Shown piece after piece: positions 1 through 10,297 of a DNA stretch of 19,715 bases. Position 1 is the stretch's first letter. Each line of letters opens with the position of its first letter. This stretch comes from Bugula neritina (Eukaryota; Animalia; Bryozoa), in the NCBI GenBank assembly GCA_964035545.1, contig CAXIUT010000058.1, positions 1 through 19,715 on the forward strand. Reading direction: 5' to 3'. A program made the translations under genes and the position numbers. The notes under the pieces were generated by a model. That model was not told the DNA's origin and made no database searches. It saw nothing but the letters and a program-made list of their open reading frames with translations.

Positions 1-76
1 CCCAACCCCAACCCCAACCCCAACCCCAACCCCAACCCCCAACCCCAACCCCAACCCCAACCCCAACCCCAACCCC
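1..76. repeat. Left telomere, (CCCCAA)n
   Basis: Tandem C4A2 repeats at the contig start with one C5 variant. This is the Tetrahymena-type ciliate telomere repeat, in the orientation expected for a left chromosome end. Confidence 0.98.
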
Positions 77-120
77 TAATTTTAAGGAGTACCTATTGGT
101 TAGCGGCCTTATTCTTGCAT
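77..120 (-). other. Putative gene N-terminus truncated by the left telomere (MQEEGREPIGTPEN...)
   Basis: Minus-strand ATG at 120 after an AT-rich spacer, 72 bp past the syntaxin stop. It gives 14 relatively GC-rich codons running without TGA into the telomere. No homology support. Confidence 0.4.
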
Positions 121-192
121 AATGAATTATAGTCAAATGATATTAGTACCAATATATAAGTGATAAATAGTCAAAGTGTTTAGTTCGATAAA

Positions 193-1215
193 TCATTTAG
201 CGACTTTAAATCCCATAACAATAGCCATCGACAATATTAGAATAATAAGAATACACATACACTTCTTAGCACAAGGACTACTTGCTTTCTTATTTGCTCC
301 TTTTAAATGAACCAAACCTCTTTAAACATGACCAACGGTCTATTCAATATTAAAGTCAATTCTATCGATTAAAGAACCCTGCTCAATAACTAAATCATTC
401 AGTTCTCTATAAACAGAATTCAGTTGGTTGATTGATTTTACTAATAATGTAATTTGCTAATTTCTTTATTTATCTTATCCCATCTAAGTCTAACATACCT
501 CCATGTCATCAAAGTCATCTTTCATACGCTATCTATCTTATTGACACAGCTGAATAGCTAAGTTAGCTGATCCAGTTTCATAGGCCTTCAAACGGTCAAA
601 ATAATCTTTCTATTGTGCCCTTAAACTTCGACTTACTTCTCTTATTTCAAGAGCTAGTGATTTTTACATATTTCTATAGACTATTTATAAGTTAAGATAC
701 GTTTTTATTCAGTTTCAGAGTGGCTTTTTAGTTTTCTTATAGAACTAAGTATCTTTTAACTTTTGAGAAGGTACTTATTTAATGATTATTTACATCTACT
801 GCTTTGGCTGAATACTTTGAAATATTTTCTTAATACTTTTTAATTTATGCCTATTTAAAAGAAGACATCCTTAATTTGATCTCAGAAGTCATTTTTTTAC
901 CTGAAAAATCAAATACTTACGATAATCATCAACATGTTTTAAATGACTTTTTGCCTAATCATAAATATCAAGAGAAATAGTATTATCGGCCTCGATGCTG
1001 TTAGTAGAATTTTTAGTTGTAGCTGATAACAGATGACCAGTGTTATTGACTGTATCTAGGTTAGAATGATTTACCTTAAGATAATTAATCTTATTTTCCA
1101 ATCAGTTTGAAACTGAGTTAACGAATGCATACATATTCTTTTTTCGAGTAAGCCCTCCCTTTGCCAGGTGAAGAGCTTCAGTGCGGTTGCGAGATATACC
1201 GATGCTTCGCTTCAT
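193..1215 (-). CDS. STX16: Syntaxin-16/Tlg2-like Qa-SNARE, ~307 aa, 5 introns
   Basis: With TAR=Glu and introns 1113-1132, 1056-1074, 901-920, 774-793 and 681-700 removed, the frame is continuous. It has an N-peptide (SRNRTE), an Habc helix (NMEKSLALEIREVSRSLRAQEKDY), a SNARE motif (KERNEQITLLVKSINQLNSVYRELNDLVIEQGSLIDRIDFNIE) and a C-terminal TM helix (CMCILIILILSMAIVMGF). TGA at 193-195. Confidence 0.9.
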
Positions 1216-1381
1216 CAAATATTAAATTCTATAATATAAAATCAAACTCTAACAAACAATAAATGCTATTAACACATCCTAGAACATACTAATTATATTC
1301 ATTTACATAATTTAAATTATATCAATATTCATAAAAGATTTTACATAATAACAAATATCAATAAATATATAAAAAAGAAGA

Positions 1382-2219
1382 ATGTTCGAGTTTTTAAACA
1401 GTAAATAACATCAAAAACCTAAAAAACCTTCAATGAAGTATATGCCAGCTATGGTCTATGGACATACAAATGAATCAATACCTCAAACTCAAAACAAACA
1501 TACAGTCTACTATTCATCTCCATAGAAAAAACTACCTTTTATCCGATATTCAACCCCCATATAGTCCAATTCAAACCAATAAACACAATCTAAGCAACTA
1601 ACTGCTACAGCTCATTTCAAAAAAAATGAAACAAATAAATATTCACATCGAAACAGTCAGCCTGAATCTCAATTTCATCGTACGAGAGGATAGTTTTCAA
1701 ACTTTATGGATAATCATAAAAATTATGGAAATATTGGAATTCTACATAAATAGAAAGGAATCAAAGAAGAATATAAAAAAGGTAACATCTTTCCCAAGTG
1801 GAATGCCAGTATCAATACTGACAATAAAAGCAATCCAAATTAATCAATTTAACAGTACCTTTTTAAAATAATATAGAAAATCAAAAAAATAGTCTCTTAA
1901 GTAGTCATGTCTTGGCTCGATTAACAATGGTTCTATCCTTACTAGAAGTGTTTCAGTTAGTGTTCTTTCTAAGCCTATTGAAAGAATGTAAATAAGAAAC
2001 AGGAGGGAATAGTTTTCTTAATTAGCAAAAAAATAATTTGATATTAGACGAAAAACTAAACAATAAACCTTTGTTCTACCTAATGGTGGAGCAGCCCATG
2101 AGTTATATTTTTTAGCTAAAAATCGTAGAGAATAGAAAATGAAAACTAGAGATGAAAGATAAGAGTTAAACAAAGATTTGTAACGTTTTGAGAAGAAATT
2201 TTTAAAGAAACTAGTTTGA
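1382..2219 (+). CDS. Hypothetical basic protein, ~271 aa, 1 intron
   Basis: ATG at 1382 (MFEFLNSKEHQKPKK). Removing the 22-nt intron 1855-1876 (GTACC...TATAG) joins it to a frame ending at TGA 2217-2219 (...FEKKFLKKLV). No family recognised. Confidence 0.7.
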
Positions 2220-2288
2220 ATAAATATGTTTTTTAAAAATAAAGTTATTATCTTTACTAATATTTCATCATATTTAATATCATAAAAT

Positions 2289-3470
2289 TCAATTTTTTCC
2301 TTTTTGAATGAGCTAATGGTATTTCAAAAGAAGAGTTTTCATATAACACAAATAGTTATGATAGTTATGAACCTTTAGTGACCACTCTCTTCCTCTCTTA
2401 GCGATGGCTTATAGCTAGGCATCATTTTCTTTAGCCCAACGAAGCTTTTCATCCAGATCTGACAAATCCATTTTAATTGGGACATAGTGCTTCCAAGGTT
2501 AAGCTGAAACTGTGGCAATATCTATAAAAGTGTGAACCTTAAAAACAGCTGCACCTAGCTGTAAAAGATGAGGAAATCTTTCTGAAAAAGAAAATCCATC
2601 AATATCTATCAGTATTTTATATTGAGTTTGATATTTTTTAGGTGTTCTTGGTTTAAGAGTCAAATATTTATTCAATTTATTTTTAACCTATCTGGATAAA
2701 TCACTATAACTGGTGAATTAAACATCACAATCGCTTCTATTTTGACAAAATTTAAACAGACGAAACCGATGAGATCCATTATATACATCATCAAAGGTAG
2801 AAGCACCAGATTGAGTTCCAGTTAAGCTTCCTCTCCAAAATGCTACTAATTTTCTTTGACTCCAAGGAAGAATTTATGAAGATTTAAGTTTATCTAAATC
2901 CATTCTTGAAGAAGTAATATGAAATTGAGATGGTATTAGAATGTCATTATGACATTAGTTAATTTTATCTATTGAGAAGACTGGTATAAGTTATCTTTTT
3001 TACTTAGAATAATATTAATCATAATAATTGAAATATGTATGTCCTGGAAAAGAATAATTTTTTTAACAGTACATACGATCCTTTAGTTTACAAGTTTATT
3101 TATTACATCGTTATTCTTTTAAAAGATATGGTTTGTCCCATATATGCAAAGCAAATTAAAGATCTGGTACGTATTTAGCTACTACATTGAAAGCACAATT
3201 TAATAATTTCAAATCAATTTCATTTTAACAATTTAAAGGTACTATTTTGTGGTTTTTTATACTGACTTTACAATTATTTGAATTTAACATTTTTTTTAAC
3301 ATTTACGGAGTAATTCCATCACGAAATGGCTACAAGTCATGCTCAATTTGTTTATGATACAATGGGTTTATCACACAATTATCTATATTTTGGCTTCTTC
3401 TTAATTATTAGTTTCTTAGACTTACAAGAACTAAACAAAGAGCGAATATAATGAATAACTTTAATATCAT
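2289..3470 (-). CDS. Glycosyltransferase family 90 (CAP10/KDELC/POGLUT-like), copy A, ~393 aa
   Basis: Intronless frame with an N-terminal signal peptide (MILKLFIIFALCLVLVS). Motifs: QIEHDLEPF, VPDLEF, PVFS...HNDILIP, PWSQRKLVAFWRGS, YKILIDIDGFSFSERF, PWKHYVPIKMDLSDLDEKLRWAKEND. Confidence 0.88.
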
Positions 3471-3521
3471 GTGATTTAATTATAATTAAATAATGCCTTT
3501 GTTTTTGCAAAAATATGTACA

Positions 3522-5168
3522 TCATTTCTTCTTTTTCTTCTTTTTATTATCAACCATATCAGGATTACTTGGTAACTGCTTTGTTGGAAACTATCGAGCT
3601 GTCTCTGAAAAGAAATCTTCATTCTCAGGAAGACATAGTCCTCTTGAAAGAGCTTTGATGTTCACATTTACTTTCACTTTTGTCAACTTTTATTTTATCT
3701 TACCAACTTCTTCTAATTGACAAAGTCTCTCTTTTGAATGACTATGGTTACGAATGATTTCTGAAAGACCTCTACGTCTAGATGTGTACTGACATAGAGA
3801 AGGTGCTGATTATCTTTCCTCTTGATCAGCTAAGTTCAGAACTTTTGAGAATTTATTTCTCAGAGAAGATAACCTATCTCTTCTGATTGTTTTTTCGTTC
3901 AAATCAAAGTTACCAGATGTTTTCAATCCTGGAAGAGTTAGATCAAATTAATTAGTTCTGTTTCTTGTTCTAGCAGTGGTAGCAAATCCATATTTAATTT
4001 AATCTTGAGGTGCTATGCGCTCTTAAGGAGGAGCAGCTTCTTTACTAAAACTAAATTATGCTTTAAATTTCATATTTTATAACTTATTTTGCATTTATTT
4101 CGAAATAGTAGCCTTCTTTTTAGCCCATTCATGTGCTATTTCTATGTTATTTACATCTTCTCTTTGTCTCTTTAATATATCCTGATATCTTCTTACATAT
4201 CGCAAATCCATATTTCTTTCTTCTTTAGCTTCATTGCCCTGATAAAATTGATATCCATCTTTATATTTTTTATCATTATCAGCCTTTATTGCATCTATAT
4301 ATAATGGGTTCTTTGGACGAAGTTTATCAGGAACCTCTTAAGGCTATTCCTCTTCAGGCTACTAAGGTTCTTCACCCATACCTAGATCAACTCCTGGTTG
4401 CTATGGTTGTTAATTCCCTCCTTCTTCAGCAGGTTGTCCTTCTATCTTTTAGCCTTCAACTGCAGGAGGCTTTTCTTATCCTGGAATAACTTCAGGTTAT
4501 TATATCTGTGGTTCTTCATACTTGGGTGGTTTAGGATAAAGAACTCTTTGAGGTTTTCCTTATTATCTTTGATTATCTGAAGGTGCTAAATTAAGAATAT
4601 TCAAAGTTTTTACTTTGTATTATCTAAGTCTGCGAGTTGGATTTTAAAATTATTAGTGAGTAGTTCTCCAATTTTGTCTGAAAGGTTAGATAATTCTTTC
4701 AATTTGATAGAAAGGAATATCAAGCTATTCTTCTTCTACTTATTCCTCTTTTTCAGGCATATTTTTAAGTGCATCTCTATACTCTTTGCTCATTTAATAG
4801 CGAATATTTCCTTGATCATATCGTTGTTTGACAAGTCTTTGTTGCTATTTGTACCACGCTACCATGGATTCAAGACCAGTAATTTGGTCTTCTCGAGTTT
4901 ATATTTGAGCTAAATCTGAAAGCATTGAATGAACTCTTTGATAAGAAAGTATTTCGTAAGGATCTTTCACTAATTCTCTATCGACTCGACTATTGAAATC
5001 TTTCAGTTGGGACACTAAAAAACGAAAACCGTCCTGGTTCTTTAAGAAAGGATTAGAGGTGAGAGCTATGTTGAGACCAAATGATTTTGGCTTCTTCTCA
5101 GTAGCTATTTCTTTGTAGTATTAACGAAATTTTTGTACAACTTCCTCTTTTGATAGTGGCTTTTTCAT
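3522..5168 (-). CDS. Hypothetical protein, ~548 aa, with a central Glu/Pro-rich linker and poly-Lys C-terminus
   Basis: Frame of 549 codons from ATG 5168 (MKKPLSKEEVVQKF) to TGA 3522-3524 with no internal TGA. Contains GEEPEEPEEEEPEEVP and ends LPSNPDMVDNKKKKKKK. Confidence 0.88.
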
Positions 5169-5189
5169 TAAATTTATTGATTATAGCTA

Positions 5190-6048
5190 TCAAGCATCAA
5201 ATTCTTAGCTAGAAAGTGGTAAAAACATTACCTTTCCTCCTCCTCCCTTTGCAACAGATTGCAATATTTCCAAATATCTGATTTGCATGGCCGCCTTTGA
5301 GTTCAAAATGTCAGCTGCCTGATGCATCAATTTAGCACTCTTGACATCAGCCTCAGCAGAAATGATCTTGGCCTTAGATAGTCTTTCTGTCTTGGATGTC
5401 ATTGAAAGATCTCTTTGTAGGTCTGCATTGATCATCATATCTTTGATAAAAATCTGTTCCACATAAATACCTTCATAACATAAGACTTACCCCATTTGTT
5501 AGTTTTTTGATAAACATATTCTTCAATGATATCAGCTATTTCCTGTCTTTTCTAAAGTAAATCTTGAAGAGTGTTTTATCCGCAAATGGTTCTTAGGGTA
5601 GCATAAGTCACCTCAGCCACAGATTGGACGATGTTGGCAATTTTATAATGTGCAGTTTTAGGTTCAATGACTCGATAGTAAACACAAGTATCAATGTCAA
5701 CTGTAATATTGTCTTTTGTCAGAATTTTTTGCCTATCAAGATCTAAAACTCTAGATGAAACATATTTTACGTTGTCAAAAGCGATATTCCACTCAAGCTT
5801 TCAGTACAAGGGTTAATATAGTGAAGCCCCGGTTCTAAGTCATCAATCCAACGTCCAAATCGTTATTTGAGTCCAATACTTCCTTGTCTAACTTACCTAT
5901 AAGGGTAAGGACACCAGCAGCAACAACAGGGTAGCCATGAACGAAGACAACCAGTACAACTTCCACAACTATCGAGGACAGATTCATAGCAAGTTGATTC
6001 CCTATCATCTTAAAATACATTTTCCTCTTCCTTTTGACTCCTCCTCAT
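5190..6048 (-). CDS. Stomatin / SPFH (band 7) family protein, ~272 aa, 2 introns
   Basis: Introns 5751-5770 and 5471-5490 (20 nt each). Motifs: GLKERFGRW...LEPGLHYINP, ILTKDNITVDIDTCVYYRV, TLRTICGENTLQDLLEKRQEI, WGIYVEQIFIKD, AKIISAEAD, AAMQIRYLEIL. Cys-rich N-terminus. The frame reads through the TAA at 5205 to TGA 5190-5192. Confidence 0.95.
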
Positions 6049-6054
6049 AATCAA

Positions 6055-6630
6055 ATGAAAAAAATAGATTAAATAGTTTAAACTAAATAATGGCTGTAGT
6101 TATTTCATTAGATGAATTAATATCATATGATAACATTGTAAGAGATTGGTATATACCATTATATTCGTTAAATGAGTTTGATTGAGTCATCAACCATTTT
6201 ACAACCTCATAAAAATGTCAGCTTTTTGAACAGTAGTTAATCATCAGGTAGTGCTCCTCGAAGTCGTTCAAAAGGTATCTCTCTTTCTAAAGAACTAAAA
6301 TCAAAACATCGGTAAAATTCTCCTTCTTTTATAAAAGTAACTCAAAACCAAAAGAGAACTCCATTCGTCGAAAAAAGATAAATAAAGTTAATCATCAAAG
6401 CTCGAGAAGGTAGTCCTTCATTGGTAGATCATAAAAAAGTACCAAATAAGTAAAATATATAAAGCTATTAAAGTCAACCATCAAGGTCTTTTATGAATTC
6501 TATCTCAAACAATGGAATATATTTGAATATTCTTCAACCAAGGACGAATTGCTACTTTGAAAATAGACAAGGAGTCAGAAATGAGAGAGGAGGGTATCGA
6601 AAAGTTTGTCCTTCGATTCAATTAAACTGA
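6055..6630 (+). CDS. Hypothetical protein, up to 191 aa
   Basis: TGA-free frame from ATG 6055 (MKKIDEIVETKEWLELF) to TGA 6628-6630. The start could instead be the in-frame ATG at 6112 or 6127. It is Ser/basic-rich with no family recognised. Confidence 0.65.
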
Positions 6631-6659
6631 TCTAAATTATATTTCTAAATCATAGTAAA

Positions 6660-7873
6660 ATGGATTCCATAGCTGACAGACTAAACAAGAATAATTAATA
6701 GAGTTGCGATGCCTTTCTTTCCTAAATACTTATCTCTCAAAACAAAAACCTCGCTTTATCATCAAAAAAGTATCAAGTCTACATGGTTGAAGATTCCATT
6801 CCTCCTTCAGATTTTCCAGCAACTCAAACTTTCACTCCTCTTCCAGCAACTGTATAATTTAGTAGAATAGTTGCTAACGTGATAACATCATTAACAACCA
6901 GTTATTTCAAACAATTGAGAATTCAGAAGTAAAGATCTATTAATGTAGAGAAAGATCAAGTGAGAATATAGTAGAAAAATGGACTAAATATCTGAATCTT
7001 TATGAAAACAAGGCTCTAGTTTCAGATTGCTTTTGGTTAGCTATTTGTAAATTTTTTCATCAAGGAAAATATGAACTTTCTGAAGCTTATCTTGAAAAAA
7101 GAATAGCTAAAAATTACATTGGTTTATTTCTATCGATCCCTTAAAAGAAAGAAAACGATATATTTTTCAAATAGTATTTTAATACTTTGGCCCAATCAGT
7201 TTTTTATTCATTTTTCTATGCATTTCCAAAAAGTAGATCTAAATTCGATAATAACTTAAAAGACAAATTACTCACTACTTTTAGTAAAGTTTTTACAGGA
7301 GTATAAATCAGTAATAAAAAGCATTATTACTAAAAATGGACTTTAGATCTTGGAACTGGTAATATTTTAATTAAAAAGAATAGAAAAATATAAAGTGGAA
7401 ATTAATAAAATATGACAATTAATACTACTCGTACTGAATTAGGAAAAAGTTTTTAAAAAATGAAAAAAAGATAAATTTTACCAATAAGATATAGTCCAAT
7501 AGTTGAACTCTTCCTCAAATCAAATAGATATAAAACAAGAAATTACGTCTCTTAGTTCAAAATGAAATACACACAAGTTGATAAAACTCAACATCTAAAG
7601 TAATAAAAATTTGCACAGTATAAAGAAGAGGCAAAAAAGATATTAGAGTGGTCATAAAATCAGAAAAATGATGATGATACTAAGAAAAAACAATTATAAT
7701 CTTAAATAAAAGGTTTGAAAAGAGAAACTATCAATCACCACAAAAGACTTGATAGAAGAAAAGTATAAGAATTAGAAAGAGGTGCTCACTAATACGCCAA
7801 TTACTTAGTTAGTATGCTAAATGCAGGAATCACTATGACTTCTCTTGGAGTTGTTAGAAAAAATATTAGTTGA
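6660..7873 (+). CDS. FAM227 family (FWWh domain) protein, ~397 aa, 1 intron
   Basis: Intron 6929-6948 (20 nt). The segment DCFWLAICKFF...RIAKNYIGLFLSIP...DIFFKEYFNTLAQSVFYSFFYAFPKSRSKFDNNLK and a later SPIV match the FAM227A/B pattern as I recall it. Confidence 0.8.
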
Positions 7874-7923
7874 TATTTCTTAATTAGATTTTCATAAACT
7901 ATTTTTATATAATCTTTTATTCA

Positions 7924-8773
7924 ATGCAACAAAAAATTTAAGAAATAACTCAAATGCAAATGCTCATGGCTGGTAGTTCTAGCCTAACTCCTGGACAGCA
8001 AACAATAGCTGCTTTACACTCTATCAACCTGCAACACAAATTGGAATGCATTGATGATAATAATCAAGTATGCTAATTTCCAGAAAAATGGAAATAACAA
8101 GCAGATGGCTCATATACCTTCAAATATAAAAACAAATCAAAAGGAACTATCGTTAAATTCAAAATGACAGAAGAAGACAAAAGAGTCATTGTAGTTTTTG
8201 GATAGTAAGGATCAAAATAGACATTCAGAGTCACAGTTAACTCAACTTCAAGCATGCAAAATATCATTCAAGATTATTCTTTTACCCTAAAACAATATAT
8301 TGGAAAAGTTAATATTCCTCCTTAAACTTATCCAATCAATAATACTCAATATCAATCAAATAACAGTCAAAATAATTCAAGATTAGGAATTACTACAGAA
8401 AAGATTCAACCAGTTTACCCTCCAAAAAATCTTATCAACACAGGAAATACTCAAAATCCTTTCGGACAAGAATAATATGTAGGACCAAATAGTAATATTT
8501 TTACAAACCAAAATTATCAGAAACCTCAATCTGGACTCATGATTCCCCCTGGAGCTAGATATGATCCTGTCGATCCATTCGACAACCCTCTTCTTGAAAG
8601 AAATCAACCAGAAGATTTTAGAGGGTTTGATTAATTTGGAGCTCCCCTAGGAAGACCTTTCCCTCATCAAAAAGGACCTTTTGGTAACAATCCATTTCAA
8701 GGACCTCGAGGAGGATTCGGAGGAGGATTTGGGAGGAGGATTTAATGGAGGTTTTGGAGGAGGAATGATCTGA
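7924..8773 (+). CDS. PSMF1: Proteasome inhibitor PI31 (PSMF1/Fub1-like), ~282 aa, with an apparent 1-nt insertion near the 3' end
   Basis: FP-domain-like N-terminus (AALHSI...CEFPEKW...YTFKY), YVGPNSNIF and the hallmark IPPGARYDPVDP, then a Pro/Gly-rich tail. An extra G at 8731-8733 must be skipped to read GGGFNGGFGGGMI-TGA (8771-8773). Confidence 0.85.
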
Positions 8774-8799
8774 CTAGTTGTTATGTTATCTATTTATTA

Positions 8800-10272
8800 A
8801 TGAGTTAAGCTATATAGTTTAACAATAATGATGCAGTTCATGGGGTTGGGGGTTGGGGTTGGGGTTGGGGTTGGGGTTGGGGTTGGGGTTGGGGGTTGGG
8901 GTTGGGGTTGGGGTTGGGGGTTGGGGTTGGGGCTGAGGGTACAGGTCCTCTCGACTCAAAATTTCGTATTAGTTGTCCAACCTGCCGTAAAAATACTATC
9001 ACTCTCAACATTCAAAATCTAGTTAATAAAGAAAACGAAAAGTTATTGTTTGTAAACATGGAGAGCTCAGAACTAAGCTAAGAAGAACTAGAGCAACAAT
9101 TTGGAGAGGGAAAAGGTCGAATCAGTTAAAGTCGTCTCAGAAAAATGTCCTACACTTAGAGGAGAAGTAGTGTATATGCATAAAGAAGAACTCCTGAAGT
9201 TCTTGAAAGAAACAGTAGAGGCTACGATTCTCGAGGAGCTCCTAGTAGAAATAAACAAGCTGAAACACTCTAAGTTAAATGTAGCCTTCATAAAGAAGCA
9301 TTGATGTTTTACTGTGAGCAAGAAACAAATGTAATGTGTATGCAATGTATGTATAAACACATGAAATAACAAAAAAATCATAATGTTTGCTCCTTAACTG
9401 ATGCCTTACCAACCATTGCCAAGATAAACCTAGAGTATAAAACAGAAGCAAAGCATCGCATTTAAGATATAGAGAAAAATCTTACAGTCTGTAAAGGAAA
9501 TAAGAGTAGAATATAACAGGCATATCAAATACATGAACAACTTGTTGGGCAATAGTTTAGATAATTAGAAAAACTTATTCAAAAAAAAGAACAATAAAAT
9601 AGATAGTATTTATAAAAAGTATTCAAGAGGAAATAGTAATAAATAGGAGAACAAATTAATTAACTTAATTATATTAAAAGTTGTCTCAAATAACATTTTT
9701 AGTTCAATATTGATAATTCTAGTGCACATGTATATTTTTTCAACGCTTTCAACCTACTTAGAACTGCTGTCAGCAAGTATACTATCAATTATAAACAAAT
9801 CAAAAAGGAAGAGTTCTTCTGCTTTGATAAATATGCTTCTCTGGAAGATTTTTCATCTCTACTTGAAAAATTTTATAAACCCAGAGAAGGTGGACGCTAA
9901 AGTAAAACAGCAAATATTCGTAAAGATTAAAGTAATGGACCTTCAAGAGCTTCATAAAAGGGTCAGACTCTCAAAATAAAGCAACAATTTTACTAAGAAG
10001 CCAAAAAGAAACTCGAAAAGCTGAATAAAATGGAACATTAACATACTGGAAAGAAGAAGAGTTCGAGATAAGAATATTTGCAAAACTTTTTCATCTAAGA
10101 AATGGGACGTTAACTCTAAAACAGTTATAACCGACCTCCACCAGGAAGTGCTGTGGCATCCTATCGAAAAAGTTCAGCAAGTTAGTATGTAGAGAGAAAA
10201 GCTGGGCAAAAGACTATGACCCCTACAAGGATAACACCTACTCCAACAAATCCAAAATCACGCAAGAAATGA
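8800..10272 (+). CDS. RING(partial)-B-box-coiled-coil (TRIM-like) protein, interrupted in frame by the telomeric tract
   Basis: From 8932 the frame reads AEGTGPLDSKFRISCPTCR (last RING CxxC), a B-box (CSLHKEALMFYCEQETNVMCMQCMYKH...HNVCSL) and a coiled coil (GQEFRELEKL) to TGA 10270-10272. ATG 8800 (MSEAIEFNNNDAVH) is in the same frame. The 3' part is secure, while the 8800 start is inferred. Confidence 0.8.
8841..8932 (+). repeat. Internal telomeric tract (TTGGGG)n, ~92 nt
   Basis: About 15 G4T2 units with three G5 variants, in right-end orientation. It is followed directly by coding sequence, with no opposing C4A2 tract. Confidence 0.97.
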
Positions 10273-10297
10273 TAAGAAGTATTATGTGTAACAAAAA

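Noticed and set aside
92-104. CTAACCAATA (minus strand) near the left telomere, resembling the Tetrahymena Cbs core AAACCAACC
   Set aside because: The match is only partial, there is no equivalent at the right end, and a Cbs is normally lost at breakage.
484-498. Possible 15-nt intron GTATGTTAGACTTAG in syntaxin
   Set aside because: It has GTA...AG and a -6 A, but it is 3n, not needed for the frame, and well below the 19-22 nt range. It cannot be supported without RNA data.
8841-8932. G4T2 tracts as a CRISPR array, microsatellite or mobile-element end
   Set aside because: There are no spacers, inverted repeats or transposase, and the unit is identical to the terminal telomeres.
8828-9022. 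Gly/Val/Trp-repeat ORF MMQFMGLGVGVG...
   Set aside because: It is a translation of the telomeric tract and is out of frame with the RING/B-box gene.
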